Source: a bacterium
GTDB lineage: Bacteria; Hinthialibacterota; Hinthialibacteria; Hinthialibacterales; Hinthialibacteraceae
Length of the DNA stretch: 64,000 bases
Assembly: GCA_963662285.2 (NCBI GenBank)
Contig: CAXXMV010000002.1
Location: forward strand, 1,376,001 to 1,440,000
Direction of reading: 5' to 3'
The notes beneath the pieces are model-generated. The model worked only from the letters and a program-made list of their open reading frames with translations, ran no database searches and was not told the origin of the DNA. Made by a program: the position numbers and the translations under genes. This document shows, piece after piece, positions 1 to 9,221 of this stretch; the stretch's first letter is position 1; the number at the start of each line of letters is the position of its first letter.

Positions 1-2
1 AT

Positions 3-431
3 GATTTCAGCGATTTCATGCTGGTCTGGGAACTGCGCAGCTACGCTAAACACCGCCCGGTAGAGGGCAGCACGGCGGGCATAGGGTTCTATGGTTCCGA
101 CGCATCGCTGATCGTTAATTTCAGCAAGAAAAACTGGACCGTATTCAAAAAAGATGGTACAGAGGAGACCAGCGAGTCCGACAAAACCGGCGGAGAAACC
201 TTCCTCCACATGACCAATTTCCTGGATTGCATCAAGACCCGTAAACAACCTCACGCCGACATCGAATTGGGAAGGCTCAGCACCACCATCTGCCACCTGG
301 GCAACATATCGCACCACCTAAAACGGGATATCCAATTCGATCCCAAAACCGAAACCTTCGGTATAGATCAAGAAGCCAACGCTTTGTTGACCAAAGATTA
401 CCGTGAGCCTTATGGGTTGCCGGTGGTTTAG
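3..431 (+). CDS. Gfo/Idh/MocA-family oxidoreductase, C-terminal part (5' end outside window)
   Basis: Frame is open to the left edge; 'HMTNFLDCIKTRKQPHADIELG..STTICHLGNIS...FDPKTETF..D.EAN.LL...YR.PY.LP' is the typical C-terminus of this family. Confidence 0.75.
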   Translation, partial: DFSDFMLVWELRSYAKHRPVEGSTAGIGFYGSDASLIVNFSKKNWTVFKKDGTEETSESDKTGGETFLHMTNFLDCIKTRKQPHADIELGRLSTTICHLGNISHHLKRDIQFDPKTETFGIDQEANALLTKDYREPYGLPVV

Positions 432-541
432 GGAGTGTTTCGGAATAACGTTCTGATTGGTGGTTGGGAAAGGCCAGAAATGATTGGCTTTTCCCCCAAA
501 AAAATGCGATAATAAACGGATGCTTGTTTGACAACCGCTCT
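429..541. repeat. Possible ~113-bp miniature non-autonomous element with an internal hairpin
   Basis: Left end 429-458 matches 26871-26900 (including exact AATAACGTTCTGATT); right end TTGACAACCGCTCT (528-541) is repeated exactly at 25642-25655; internal hairpin GGGAAAGGCCA...TGGCTTTTCCC. Confidence 0.35.
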
Positions 542-628
542 GATGAGAGAAAGGAGGCATGAAATGATTAAGGTGTAATCTTTATGTATATCATGAAGAT
601 TACAACAAATTTATAAGGAGGTGACTAT

Positions 629-1048
629 ATGTCATCGAAAAATACTAAAAGAGTCTTGTATAGCGTTGTAGGTTTAATCATGCTGTCATTGGCTGTATTT
701 TCTGTTACATCAACCGAATTGGACGGTTTTGAGATTACGATTGATGTGGCGCCGAATGTACTTAATCTTCTGAATCAGGGGCAGGTTGTAACGGTGCATA
801 CCGATATTGCTTATAGTACGGTTCAGGCCTCAACGGTGTATCTGAATGGCGTCGCTATCAGTAGTTGGAAATCCGATCTGCGCGGCAATTTCGTAGCGAA
901 GTTTCTAATGGAAGAGATTAAAGACCTGCCATTAGTGATTGATGATTACAACACGCTCACATTCGTTGGAATCACAACTGCGAACGAATTATTTTACGGG
1001 TCTCAAGATATTCTCGTGATAAACAATGACAGTGGTACGAAAAAATAA
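629..1048 (+). CDS. Hypothetical exported protein (139 aa, beta-rich)
   Basis: Strong RBS AAGGAGGTG upstream; N-terminal basic plus hydrophobic signal/anchor segment. Confidence 0.7.
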   Translation: MSSKNTKRVLYSVVGLIMLSLAVFSVTSTELDGFEITIDVAPNVLNLLNQGQVVTVHTDIAYSTVQASTVYLNGVAISSWKSDLRGNFVAKFLMEEIKDLPLVIDDYNTLTFVGITTANELFYGSQDILVINNDSGTKK

Positions 1049-1194
1049 GTAACTGATTAATATTTATTGGTTTCATGTTCTATGCGTAATATTATTAATA
1101 ATCTGAAGAGTTAGCCCATAATTACTAATTAGGCGTTTTTGAAATTAAATGATTTGCGAGGCCTATGGCTCAAACGAGCCATTATATAAAGTAT

Positions 1195-1228
1195 AAAGAG
1201 ACCTGAGAAATATTTCTCAGGTCTCTTT
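1195..1228. terminator. Perfect 34-bp palindrome; likely bidirectional terminator or protein-binding site
   Basis: AAAGAGACCTGAGAAAT|ATTTCTCAGGTCTCTTT; smaller hairpin ATGGCTC-AAAC-GAGCCAT at 1165-1182. Confidence 0.5.
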
Positions 1229-1465
1229 GCTGTTCATGAGTAAGGGCGGATTTAGAAAAACCAGTTCAAACAATCTTGCCTCTAGCCAAAACGGCAATAC
1301 TCCCACAAGCATCATCAGATTCGACGATGTTTTTCGCTTATTGAGATCGATTATTCTTTTTGAGCGTTTGACCAGATATCATTCATTATCACGTTTGATT
1401 TACATGAGAATATCTGATAATGTATGGGCATTGAATGGATAATCAATTTTCAGGTGAAAATATAT

Positions 1466-4400
1466 ATGTATCTTCTACGCTTAATCATCCTGCTTTGTTT
1501 TAGCGCCTTATTCGTTTTGCAGTTGTCCCCGTGTTATGCGGATATCGGTTTGGATAGCATCTACTTGAGCGATCTTAGCAGTGAAGCAAGTCTCAAAAGC
1601 CATCAGGGATGGGGTCTCTTAGGCGTCAATTCGGCGGCTGGCGCTCCAGGTGGGACGCGTTTCAGCCCGATGCGTATAGGAGAAACTGTATATGACAAAG
1701 GTATGGGGCATCATGCTAACGGTGTAATTACAGTTCCACTGCATGGCGAATACCTATGTTTTGAAGCCATAATAGGATTGCAGTGGCAGGGCGGCGGCAA
1801 AGGTAGCGTGGTTTTTCAGGTTTTTGTAGATGGCGGCAAAGCGTTTGAGAGCGAAGTGATGAGCGACAGTGATGCGGCGGCGCCCGTTCGCGTCTCGCTT
1901 TCAGGCGCACAGGAATTGCGCCTGGTTGCTAATGATAACAAGGACGGCATCGCCTGCGATATGGCGAATTGGGCCGAAGCGCGTCTGACCCGCGATCCCC
2001 GACAGCCTCATTTCGATCCAACTTCTATAATTCTTAATGGTGAAGCCGCTCCTTCGCCCAGTTTGCCAGTTGGCGGATTTTCACTCATTGCCGGGATTAA
2101 TGGGCCACAGGTCGCGGTGATGGAACCTGAAAATGCATTGCTGGCTTGTGTTGGTAATGATGAGACTATTGATGTGGTTATCCCTATACGCAATGCACAG
2201 GAATCGATTACAGTCACAGCCGAGGCCATGCTTGATTACGGGGAATCTGCCAGCGTCTCTTTGCATATCGGTGATAAGGTTGTATGCAAAAAAATACTCA
2301 AAGATGAAGTATTGAAATTGGAGGTCTCTTCTGAAACAAAATCCGATGTTCAGCATCTTGCTTTGCGTACAACCGCAAGTCGGGGGGATAGCAGCGTACG
2401 TTGGCGAAATCTTCAGTACAACATTAAAGGCAAGCGGATTGATATTCCTTTTAAGTTTCCAATTACTGAGGAAGCGCTTCCATTGCCTGAACTCTCCTAT
2501 CTGCATCCAGCAGTTGAACAAGCACTGATTGAGTGGGATTGGAAAATGCAGGATGGCATCGGGACGGACCGGAATCCCGGTTCTTGGGTAGAAGCCATTG
2601 AACAGATTGTACAACGCGGCGATTTATTAATTGACGACCTAAATGATAAAGAGATATCTCTTGAATCCCTGACGACCGAATGGAAGCAGTTGCGTAGCGA
2701 ATGGCGCCAAATGATGGCGTCGAATAACAATGATGAAAACCGGTGGGAAAATTTATGGAAGCGGATGCATAAAGTTCGCCGCCAGATCGTATTCAGCAAC
2801 CCATTAGCGGATATGGGGCCGCTGTTATTTGTGAAACAGGCGCCGGGGAATTCCAGTCATCAGTTAACCCAGTATTACGGCGCCCATTCACGTCCCGGAG
2901 GCGGTATTTTTGCGCTAGATCGACCGGGAGAATCAATGCGCTGCCAGCCTTTGACGGCTACGAACCTTCCGATGGGCAGCGTTCAATTCGCCGATATTTC
3001 ATACGATGGCAAGAAGATACTTTTCTCATACTGCCCGGTTGACAAGGATTACAAAAGCCGCCCACGGATATTCAACCGTTACTATCATATATACGAAATG
3101 AATGCCGATGGATCGGGGCTTAGACAATTGACGGACGGAGACTATGACGATTTTGCTCCGCGCTATTTGCCCGATGGAAAACTGATTTTCATCTCGACGC
3201 GCCGGGGCGGTTTTCACCGTTGCGGACGTGGGCCGTGTCCGGTTTATACTCTTTGCAACGCCGAAGAGGACGGTTCCGATATCCGCGTTATCTCTTTTCA
3301 CGAAACCCATGAATGGGATCCATCGGTTCTGAATGATGGACGCGTGATATATACGCGATGGGATTACGTCGACCGCCATGCGGTGCATTATCAGCAATTG
3401 TGGACTGTTCGACCGGATGGCAGCGACGTGCGAATTTATTATGGCAATAATACATTGAATCCTATCGGGATATGGGAAGCCAAATCCATTCCCGGTTCAG
3501 ATAAAGTGATAGCCACTGCAGCGGCGCATCACGCCATGACGGCGGGTTCCATAATACTTCTTGATGTCAATCATGGGATCGACGGCCTGAACCCCATCAC
3601 CCGTTTGACGCCTGACGCTCTTTTCCCGGAGAGTGAAACTCCCGTCATTCAATGGTCTGCGCCAGTGGGCGTAAAAAATAAACCAGTTACGCCGCCGGAA
3701 GCCCAAAGGTGGCCGGGGCACTGTTACCGTACTCCACATCCGCTATCGGAAAAGTATTTTCTGGCCGCTTACAGTTATGATGCTTTGATTGGTGAACCGA
3801 ATATGAATCATGCCAATATGTTCGGGCTTTATTTTATGGATGCTTACGGGAATAAAGAATTGCTTTACCGGGATTTGAATATAGCCAGCCTCTGGCCGGT
3901 TCCACTACGTCCAAGGAAACGCCCGTTCGTCATACCATCAATTGCAGCCGATACTGATGAAAAAGAAGGAACTTTTTCCATACAGAACGTTTATGAAAGC
4001 TGGCCGTCGTTACCTGATAGCGTGAAAATCAAACAGATACGGGTTTCGCAAGTGCTTCCCAAATCGACGCCGCATATCAATGATCCGATGGTTGGCCTGG
4101 CCAATGCGTCGCCAGGGAAGCAGGTTTTAGGAACGGTACCCGTTGAAGCAGACGGTTCTGCGTATTTCCGCGCCCCGTCAGGCATCCCACTCTCTTTTCA
4201 GGCGCTTGATGAACGGGGAATGGCGGTTCAGGTTATGCGCAGTTTGATCTATCTGCAACCGGGAGAAACCAGAGCCTGTATCGGATGCCATGAGCCTTAT
4301 TCTAAATCTCCGGATTTACAACGGATGCCTAAGGCTCTGGCCCGGAAACCATCGATTATTCAAGCCGGTCCGGACGGATCTAATCCGTTCAGTTACCCGA

Positions 4401-4795
4401 TACTGGTTCAACCTGTTTTAGACAAACACTGCATCCAGTGCCATAGCCAGAATAAATCTGGCGAAAGAATACTATTATCAGGGAATCCTGCAAAAAATTA
4501 CACGGAGTCGTATCTATCGCTTGCGCCCCGCGTTCCCTACTCTGCCTGGGGAGGAGGGAATTTTCAGAAAACAAATAGCGAACCCATGTCTCAACCGGAT
4601 TATTTCGGGGCGCGCGGCAGTAAGTTGATGAGTATGTTGTTAGCGGGGCATCATAAAGTGAATCTTTCACAAAATGATATCGAACGGCTGGCTACGTGGA
4701 TGGATACCAACGCGCTTTTTTATGGGACATTTAATCCAACCGATCAGAAACGTCAACAACAAGGGCAACGTATCGCGGGGCCGGGATTAGAGTGA
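1466..4795 (+). CDS. Secreted NPCBM/NEW2-domain + TolB-like propeller + HzsA-like domain protein with two c-type heme motifs
   Basis: Signal peptide from M at 1466; NPCBM motifs (YDKGMGHHA, GSVVFQVFVDG, DMANWAEARL); YTRWDYVDR and LGTVPVEADGSAYFRAPSG..L.FQALDERG; CIGCH and CIQCH. Confidence 0.8.
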   Translation: MYLLRLIILLCFSALFVLQLSPCYADIGLDSIYLSDLSSEASLKSHQGWGLLGVNSAAGAPGGTRFSPMRIGETVYDKGMGHHANGVITVPLHGEYLCFEAIIGLQWQGGGKGSVVFQVFVDGGKAFESEVMSDSDAAAPVRVSLSGAQELRLVANDNKDGIACDMANWAEARLTRDPRQPHFDPTSIILNGEAAPSPSLPVGGFSLIAGINGPQVAVMEPENALLACVGNDETIDVVIPIRNAQESITVTAEAMLDYGESASVSLHIGDKVVCKKILKDEVLKLEVSSETKSDVQHLALRTTASRGDSSVRWRNLQYNIKGKRIDIPFKFPITEEALPLPELSYLHPAVEQALIEWDWKMQDGIGTDRNPGSWVEAIEQIVQRGDLLIDDLNDKEISLESLTTEWKQLRSEWRQMMASNNNDENRWENLWKRMHKVRRQIVFSNPLADMGPLLFVKQAPGNSSHQLTQYYGAHSRPGGGIFALDRPGESMRCQPLTATNLPMGSVQFADISYDGKKILFSYCPVDKDYKSRPRIFNRYYHIYEMNADGSGLRQLTDGDYDDFAPRYLPDGKLIFISTRRGGFHRCGRGPCPVYTLCNAEEDGSDIRVISFHETHEWDPSVLNDGRVIYTRWDYVDRHAVHYQQLWTVRPDGSDVRIYYGNNTLNPIGIWEAKSIPGSDKVIATAAAHHAMTAGSIILLDVNHGIDGLNPITRLTPDALFPESETPVIQWSAPVGVKNKPVTPPEAQRWPGHCYRTPHPLSEKYFLAAYSYDALIGEPNMNHANMFGLYFMDAYGNKELLYRDLNIASLWPVPLRPRKRPFVIPSIAADTDEKEGTFSIQNVYESWPSLPDSVKIKQIRVSQVLPKSTPHINDPMVGLANASPGKQVLGTVPVEADGSAYFRAPSGIPLSFQALDERGMAVQVMRSLIYLQPGETRACIGCHEPYSKSPDLQRMPKALARKPSIIQAGPDGSNPFSYPILVQPVLDKHCIQCHSQNKSGERILLSGNPAKNYTESYLSLAPRVPYSAWGGGNFQKTNSEPMSQPDYFGARGSKLMSMLLAGHHKVNLSQNDIERLATWMDTNALFYGTFNPTDQKRQQQGQRIAGPGLE

Positions 4796-4817
4796 TATGG
4801 GGTGGCTTGTTCTTTTA

Positions 4818-5027
<210 letters not shown>

Positions 5028-5344
5028 TTACATAAGTCTAGAATAGACAGTATATAGAAGAAGGTTTTGGTCTGGTTTCTTTAGGTCTTACTAATGAACT
5101 TTATTTGAGTTATATTACAAAAATATCGTATCATACATAATTGTCATAACGTTTAGAATTATTGATTTATCATTGCATTCATTATTTATATTGTAAATAT
5201 AAGACATAGCCGGGATTACATAGACTTCAACGTACTGATGTAGTAAATCTATTGTGGATTCGCATTCTCCTGTGTGGAAGAATGGGCGGACTCCTCTAAT
5301 TGGATTGATGCATTGGACGTGATTATATATTCCCGGAGAATGTT

Positions 5345-6658
5345 ATGAAAAAACTGTCATGGTATTATTTAAGCGTATTGGGATTGATAGCCTTTCCCCT
5401 ATCCTCATGGGCCAGTGAAGCAGAAAAAATCGATTCGGGCGCCACGGCCTGGATGCTAACCTCCACCGCATTCGTCCTACTTATGATTCCCGGTTTAGCC
5501 ATGTTCTATGGTGGTCTGGTGCGTACCAAGAACGTTATCAGCACGATGATGCATAGTTATGTCTGCCTGGCCATCATCGGCGTCCTTTGGGTGGTGGTGG
5601 GATATTCCCTCTGTTTTGGGAAAAGCGTTGCGGGGGGATTTATTGGATGGAATTGGGATTACTTTTTCCTAAATGGAATTGATGATGTGATTTCTAATCA
5701 TGTTCCTGAATATGTACTGGCGATGTTCCAGGGTAAATTCGCCATTATCGCCCCCGCTTTAATCTCTGGGGCTTTGGCCGAACGGGTTTATTTCAGGGGA
5801 TATTGTTTGTTCATAACTTTATGGTTTTTATTGGTTTACTGTCCTCTATGCCATTGGGTCTGGGCTTCTGATGGATGGTTATTCAACGCCGGAGTCATTG
5901 ATCTGGCTGGCGGGCTGGTGATTCACGTTTCCGCTGGTTTCAGCGCTCTGGTTGTAGCAATATTCCTGGGAAAACGAATGGGATATCCCGAAACGGCGGT
6001 TAATCCTAACAACTATGTAATGACCATGATGGGCGCTGGATTATTGTGGGTCGGTTGGTTTGGATTTAATGCGGGATCAACCGTGCAAAGCGGTCTCGAA
6101 ACGGCCCGCGCTCTGACCATGACTCAGGTCTCCGCCGCCAGTGGAGCGCTGACCTGGATGATGATCGAGGCGATCATGTTCAAAAAAGCGACGTCTCTGG
6201 GTTTTGTTTCCGGCATCCTGGCCGGACTGGTTTCCATCACTCCCGCCGCAGGCGTGGTTCAACCCTATGGCGCCATTATCATTGGATCGCTTTCCTCCAT
6301 TACATGTTACCTCGCCCTTAAAGCGAAGAATCATTTTGGATACGACGATAGTTTGGATTGTTTTGGCATACACGGTGTGGGGAGCGGTTTGGGCGTTTTG
6401 CTTCTATCATTCTTTATACGGAAATCGTGGATCGAAGCCGCAATTGCGTCATCCGGTTCCTGGTCTGTGTGGCATCAATTAACTATCCAACTCATGGGAA
6501 TGTGCGCAACCATCGCGCTGGCTTGTAGTGCAACTCTGATAATATGCATTGTTGTCGAGAAGACTTTAGGCTTCCGGGTGGATCCAGAAACCGAAATCAA
6601 CGGGCTTGATCACTCTCTACACGGAGAACACGGGTATGGTTTACTTGGCCCGCGTTAG
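5345..6658 (+). CDS. amtB: Ammonium transporter (Amt family)
   Basis: AWML.STA.VLLM.PGLA.FYGGLVR.KN, D.AGG.V.H, GLLWVGWFGFNAGS, DDSLD.FG.HG motifs; many TM segments. Confidence 0.95.
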   Translation: MKKLSWYYLSVLGLIAFPLSSWASEAEKIDSGATAWMLTSTAFVLLMIPGLAMFYGGLVRTKNVISTMMHSYVCLAIIGVLWVVVGYSLCFGKSVAGGFIGWNWDYFFLNGIDDVISNHVPEYVLAMFQGKFAIIAPALISGALAERVYFRGYCLFITLWFLLVYCPLCHWVWASDGWLFNAGVIDLAGGLVIHVSAGFSALVVAIFLGKRMGYPETAVNPNNYVMTMMGAGLLWVGWFGFNAGSTVQSGLETARALTMTQVSAASGALTWMMIEAIMFKKATSLGFVSGILAGLVSITPAAGVVQPYGAIIIGSLSSITCYLALKAKNHFGYDDSLDCFGIHGVGSGLGVLLLSFFIRKSWIEAAIASSGSWSVWHQLTIQLMGMCATIALACSATLIICIVVEKTLGFRVDPETEINGLDHSLHGEHGYGLLGPR

Positions 6659-6695
6659 GCGCACTTGAAAAATGCTCTTTCATTATTTGAATAAT

Positions 6696-6730
6696 TGGAT
6701 GGCGTTAGCCTTATCACGCCATCCAGTTTT
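6696..6730 (+). terminator. Rho-independent terminator after amtB
   Basis: TGGATGGCGT...ACGCCATCCA stem followed by a T tract. Confidence 0.7.
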
Positions 6731-6879
6731 GTCTTTTATCAACTTTTTGATGACTTATCATATAATGACCAAGATATTATTTTTTAAAGTCGATAAATTC
6801 GGGTAATCAATCCTATATTTCTGCGTTTATATCTGATAGATAAAGACTCAGTGAAAATCGGAGTTAATTGAGGTTAAAC

Positions 6880-7326
6880 ATGGAAAATCAGAAAATCATC
6901 TACCGCCCGGCAAATATAGAAGAAATCATAGACCTGAGACAGGAAATTATAATCAAAGGAACAGGCCGCGACTCGCCATATTTTGATGGCGATCATGACG
7001 CAACCACCCTGCACTTCGGGGCTTTTATCGATCAGAAGAATATTGGTTGCCTGACCTATATGCTCAATTCATGGCAGGAAAAACCAGCCCGGCAGCTGCG
7101 GGGCATGGCCAGCGCCGCGGAACTTCAAGGCAGTGGAGTCGGCAAACTGCTGCTCCAGACCGCCGAATCATACATAAAACAAAACTCTGACATCAAACAA
7201 CTATGGTGCAACGCCCGCAAAATAGCTGTCGGATTCTACCAAAAACAAGGCTGGCAAATAGCCTCGGAAGAATTCGACATCCCCGGAGTAGGCCCGCACT
7301 ATAAAATGAGCAAAACCATTGAGTAG
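6880..7326 (+). CDS. GNAT family N-acetyltransferase
   Basis: QLRGMA....QGSGVGKLL acetyl-CoA motif; LWCNAR..AVGFYQK.GW...EEFDIPGVGPH..M. Confidence 0.85.
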   Translation: MENQKIIYRPANIEEIIDLRQEIIIKGTGRDSPYFDGDHDATTLHFGAFIDQKNIGCLTYMLNSWQEKPARQLRGMASAAELQGSGVGKLLLQTAESYIKQNSDIKQLWCNARKIAVGFYQKQGWQIASEEFDIPGVGPHYKMSKTIE

Positions 7327-7473
7327 GTATGACACTCGTAGGCTATAGAAAAGGCGCGGGCGCCAAGGGCAAGACCGCAATGCGTCCAGCCCTTGATGCA
7401 ATCACTTATGATTTAATAAGCATAAAGTAAACCGGATGGGCTAAATAGCCCGCCAAAACCTCAGAATTACAAT

Positions 7474-8916
7474 TCACCCCCGCAGTTTCTTGATCAATAA
7501 CTCCTGCACCATATCGGGTTTGGCTTTACCGCGCGACTTGCGCATTACCTGACCAACCAGGAAATTAAGCGTTTGGTCTTTGCCGTTCTTGAAATCTTCA
7601 GCTGGACCAGCCTGCTCGGTGATTACTTCATCAACGAACTTTTCGATCTCGCCCGTATCGCTGACCATCTCCAGACCCTTGTCTTTTATGATCTTCTCCG
7701 GCATATCGCCAGTTTCGAGTACGGCGTTCAAAACCTTCTTGGCGATATTTTGGTTGATAGTTCCCTTGTCGAGTATCTGAGCTAGTTGCGCTAGATGTTG
7801 TGGAGTTATGTTCAGGTCGCCGATCTCTTTTTCATCTTCGCCGCCCAGATCACGCAGGATATAGACCATGATCCAGTTGCTGTATGTCTTGGGTGCATTA
7901 TGGATAGTGACGCATTCCTCAAAGAAATGAGCTACTTCTTTTTCAACCACCAGAACTCCGGCGTCATATTCTGGCAGGTCGTATTGCTCAATGAAGCGGC
8001 GCCGTTTGGCCTCGCGCAGTTCGGGCAGGTCGGCTTTCAATGCTTCCAGATAAGACCGCTCGATATGCACGGGAGGCAAATCCGGTTCGGGGAAGTAGCG
8101 GTAATCCTTGGCGCCTTCCTTAACCCGCATGGAACGGGTCTCTTCGCGTACGTCATCCCACAACCGGGTCTCCTGGATTACATGTCCGCCATCCTCCAGT
8201 ATCTCGGTTTGACGACGCATCTCATAATCCAAAGCCTTCATAACCGATTTGACCGAGCCGACGTTTTTGATTTCAACCTTGGTGCCATATTCCTCTTGTC
8301 CCTTGGGACGCATGGAAATATTAAGTTCGAAGCGCAGCGAGCCTTCCTGCATTTTGCAATCGCTCACTTCCAGATAACGCAGCAGGCTGCGCATGGTCTC
8401 CATAAAGGTCTCCGCTTCAACCGGAGTGCGCAGATCAGGTTCACTGACGATTTCCAGCAGCGAGGTGCCAGCGCGGTTAAGGTCAACCAGAGATACCGTG
8501 CGCCCTTTGTATGTGTCATGCATAAGTTTACCGGCGTCTTCTTCCAGATGAATATTATGAATGCCGATGACTTTCTCGGTTCCGTCGGGCAGCAGGATAG
8601 TAAAGGTTCCATGACGCCCCAGCGGCTGATATTCCTGAGATATCTGATAATTCTTGGGTAGATCGGGATAGTAATAATTTTTACGGTCAAACTCAGTAGT
8701 TTCGGGGATATCGCAATCCATCGCTAAAGCCACTTTGAGCGATAACTCCATTGATTTTTTATTAAGCACTGGCAGCGTTCCGGGCAATCCCAGGCAGACC
8801 GGATTAACGAAAGTATTGGGAGCGCCGCCGAATTCAGCGCGGGTCGTGCTGAACACCTTAGATTTAGCAGCCAGTTCCACATGCGTCTCAAAGCCGATGA
8901 CCGGTTCAAATTCCAT
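7474..8916 (-). CDS. gatB: Asp/Glu-tRNA amidotransferase subunit B
   Basis: FEPVIGFETHVEL, CLGLPGTLPVLN, FDRKNYYYPDLPKNYQISQ, DYRYFPEPDLPP, C-terminal YqeY-like domain; start placed at MEFEPVIG. Confidence 0.97.
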   Translation of the reverse strand: MEFEPVIGFETHVELAAKSKVFSTTRAEFGGAPNTFVNPVCLGLPGTLPVLNKKSMELSLKVALAMDCDIPETTEFDRKNYYYPDLPKNYQISQEYQPLGRHGTFTILLPDGTEKVIGIHNIHLEEDAGKLMHDTYKGRTVSLVDLNRAGTSLLEIVSEPDLRTPVEAETFMETMRSLLRYLEVSDCKMQEGSLRFELNISMRPKGQEEYGTKVEIKNVGSVKSVMKALDYEMRRQTEILEDGGHVIQETRLWDDVREETRSMRVKEGAKDYRYFPEPDLPPVHIERSYLEALKADLPELREAKRRRFIEQYDLPEYDAGVLVVEKEVAHFFEECVTIHNAPKTYSNWIMVYILRDLGGEDEKEIGDLNITPQHLAQLAQILDKGTINQNIAKKVLNAVLETGDMPEKIIKDKGLEMVSDTGEIEKFVDEVITEQAGPAEDFKNGKDQTLNFLVGQVMRKSRGKAKPDMVQELLIKKLRG

Positions 8917-8952
8917 TTTTTTATTCACCTTACTATTATGTATTTCAACGTC

Positions 8953-9044
8953 GTAGGGGCAATCCCTTGTGGGCGCCCGGTTACGGTTCAACTTTCTATT
9001 TATAGGCATCTTTCATCCAGGGCGCCCACGAGAGGCGCCCCTAC
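8953..9044. repeat. REP-like inverted doublet (REPIN/BIME-type)
   Basis: GTAGGGGCAATCCCTTGTGGGCGCCC (8953-8978) and inverted copy GGGCGCCCACGAGAGGCGCCCCTAC (9020-9044): GTAG foot plus GC hairpin. Confidence 0.7.
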
Positions 9045-9124
9045 AAACAAAATTGAATTAATTCCATGACCAGGATTGTAGCAACAAGCCGCGCCCTCCC
9101 GAAGATCAAGCCTATCTCTGTTGA

Positions 9125-9153
9125 TTGCTCAAATGCCTAAGCGGGAGTATGAT
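9125..9153 (+). promoter_or_regulatory. Putative sigma70 promoter of metG
   Basis: TTGCTC-N17-TATGAT about 70 bp upstream of the start codon. Confidence 0.45.
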
Positions 9154-9221
9154 ACTCTATCTATTTCAGAATAATTCAAATCGGTTAAATCCCCGGTTTT
9201 CTATTCATATTGGAGAGTTTC

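Noticed and set aside
1227-1442. 71-aa ORF in the track
   Set aside because: Alternative start inside a palindrome, no RBS, no recognisable motif; probably spurious
1466-4795. Anammox hydrazine synthase
   Set aside because: No hzsB/hzsC or other anammox genes nearby; the NPCBM fusion fits the widespread HzsA-like proteins of unknown function
8917-9069. N-terminal extension of GatB and small ORFs with RAPTR/GAIPCGRP peptides
   Set aside because: They are translations of the REP-like repeats; GatB similarity starts at MEFEPVIG (8916)
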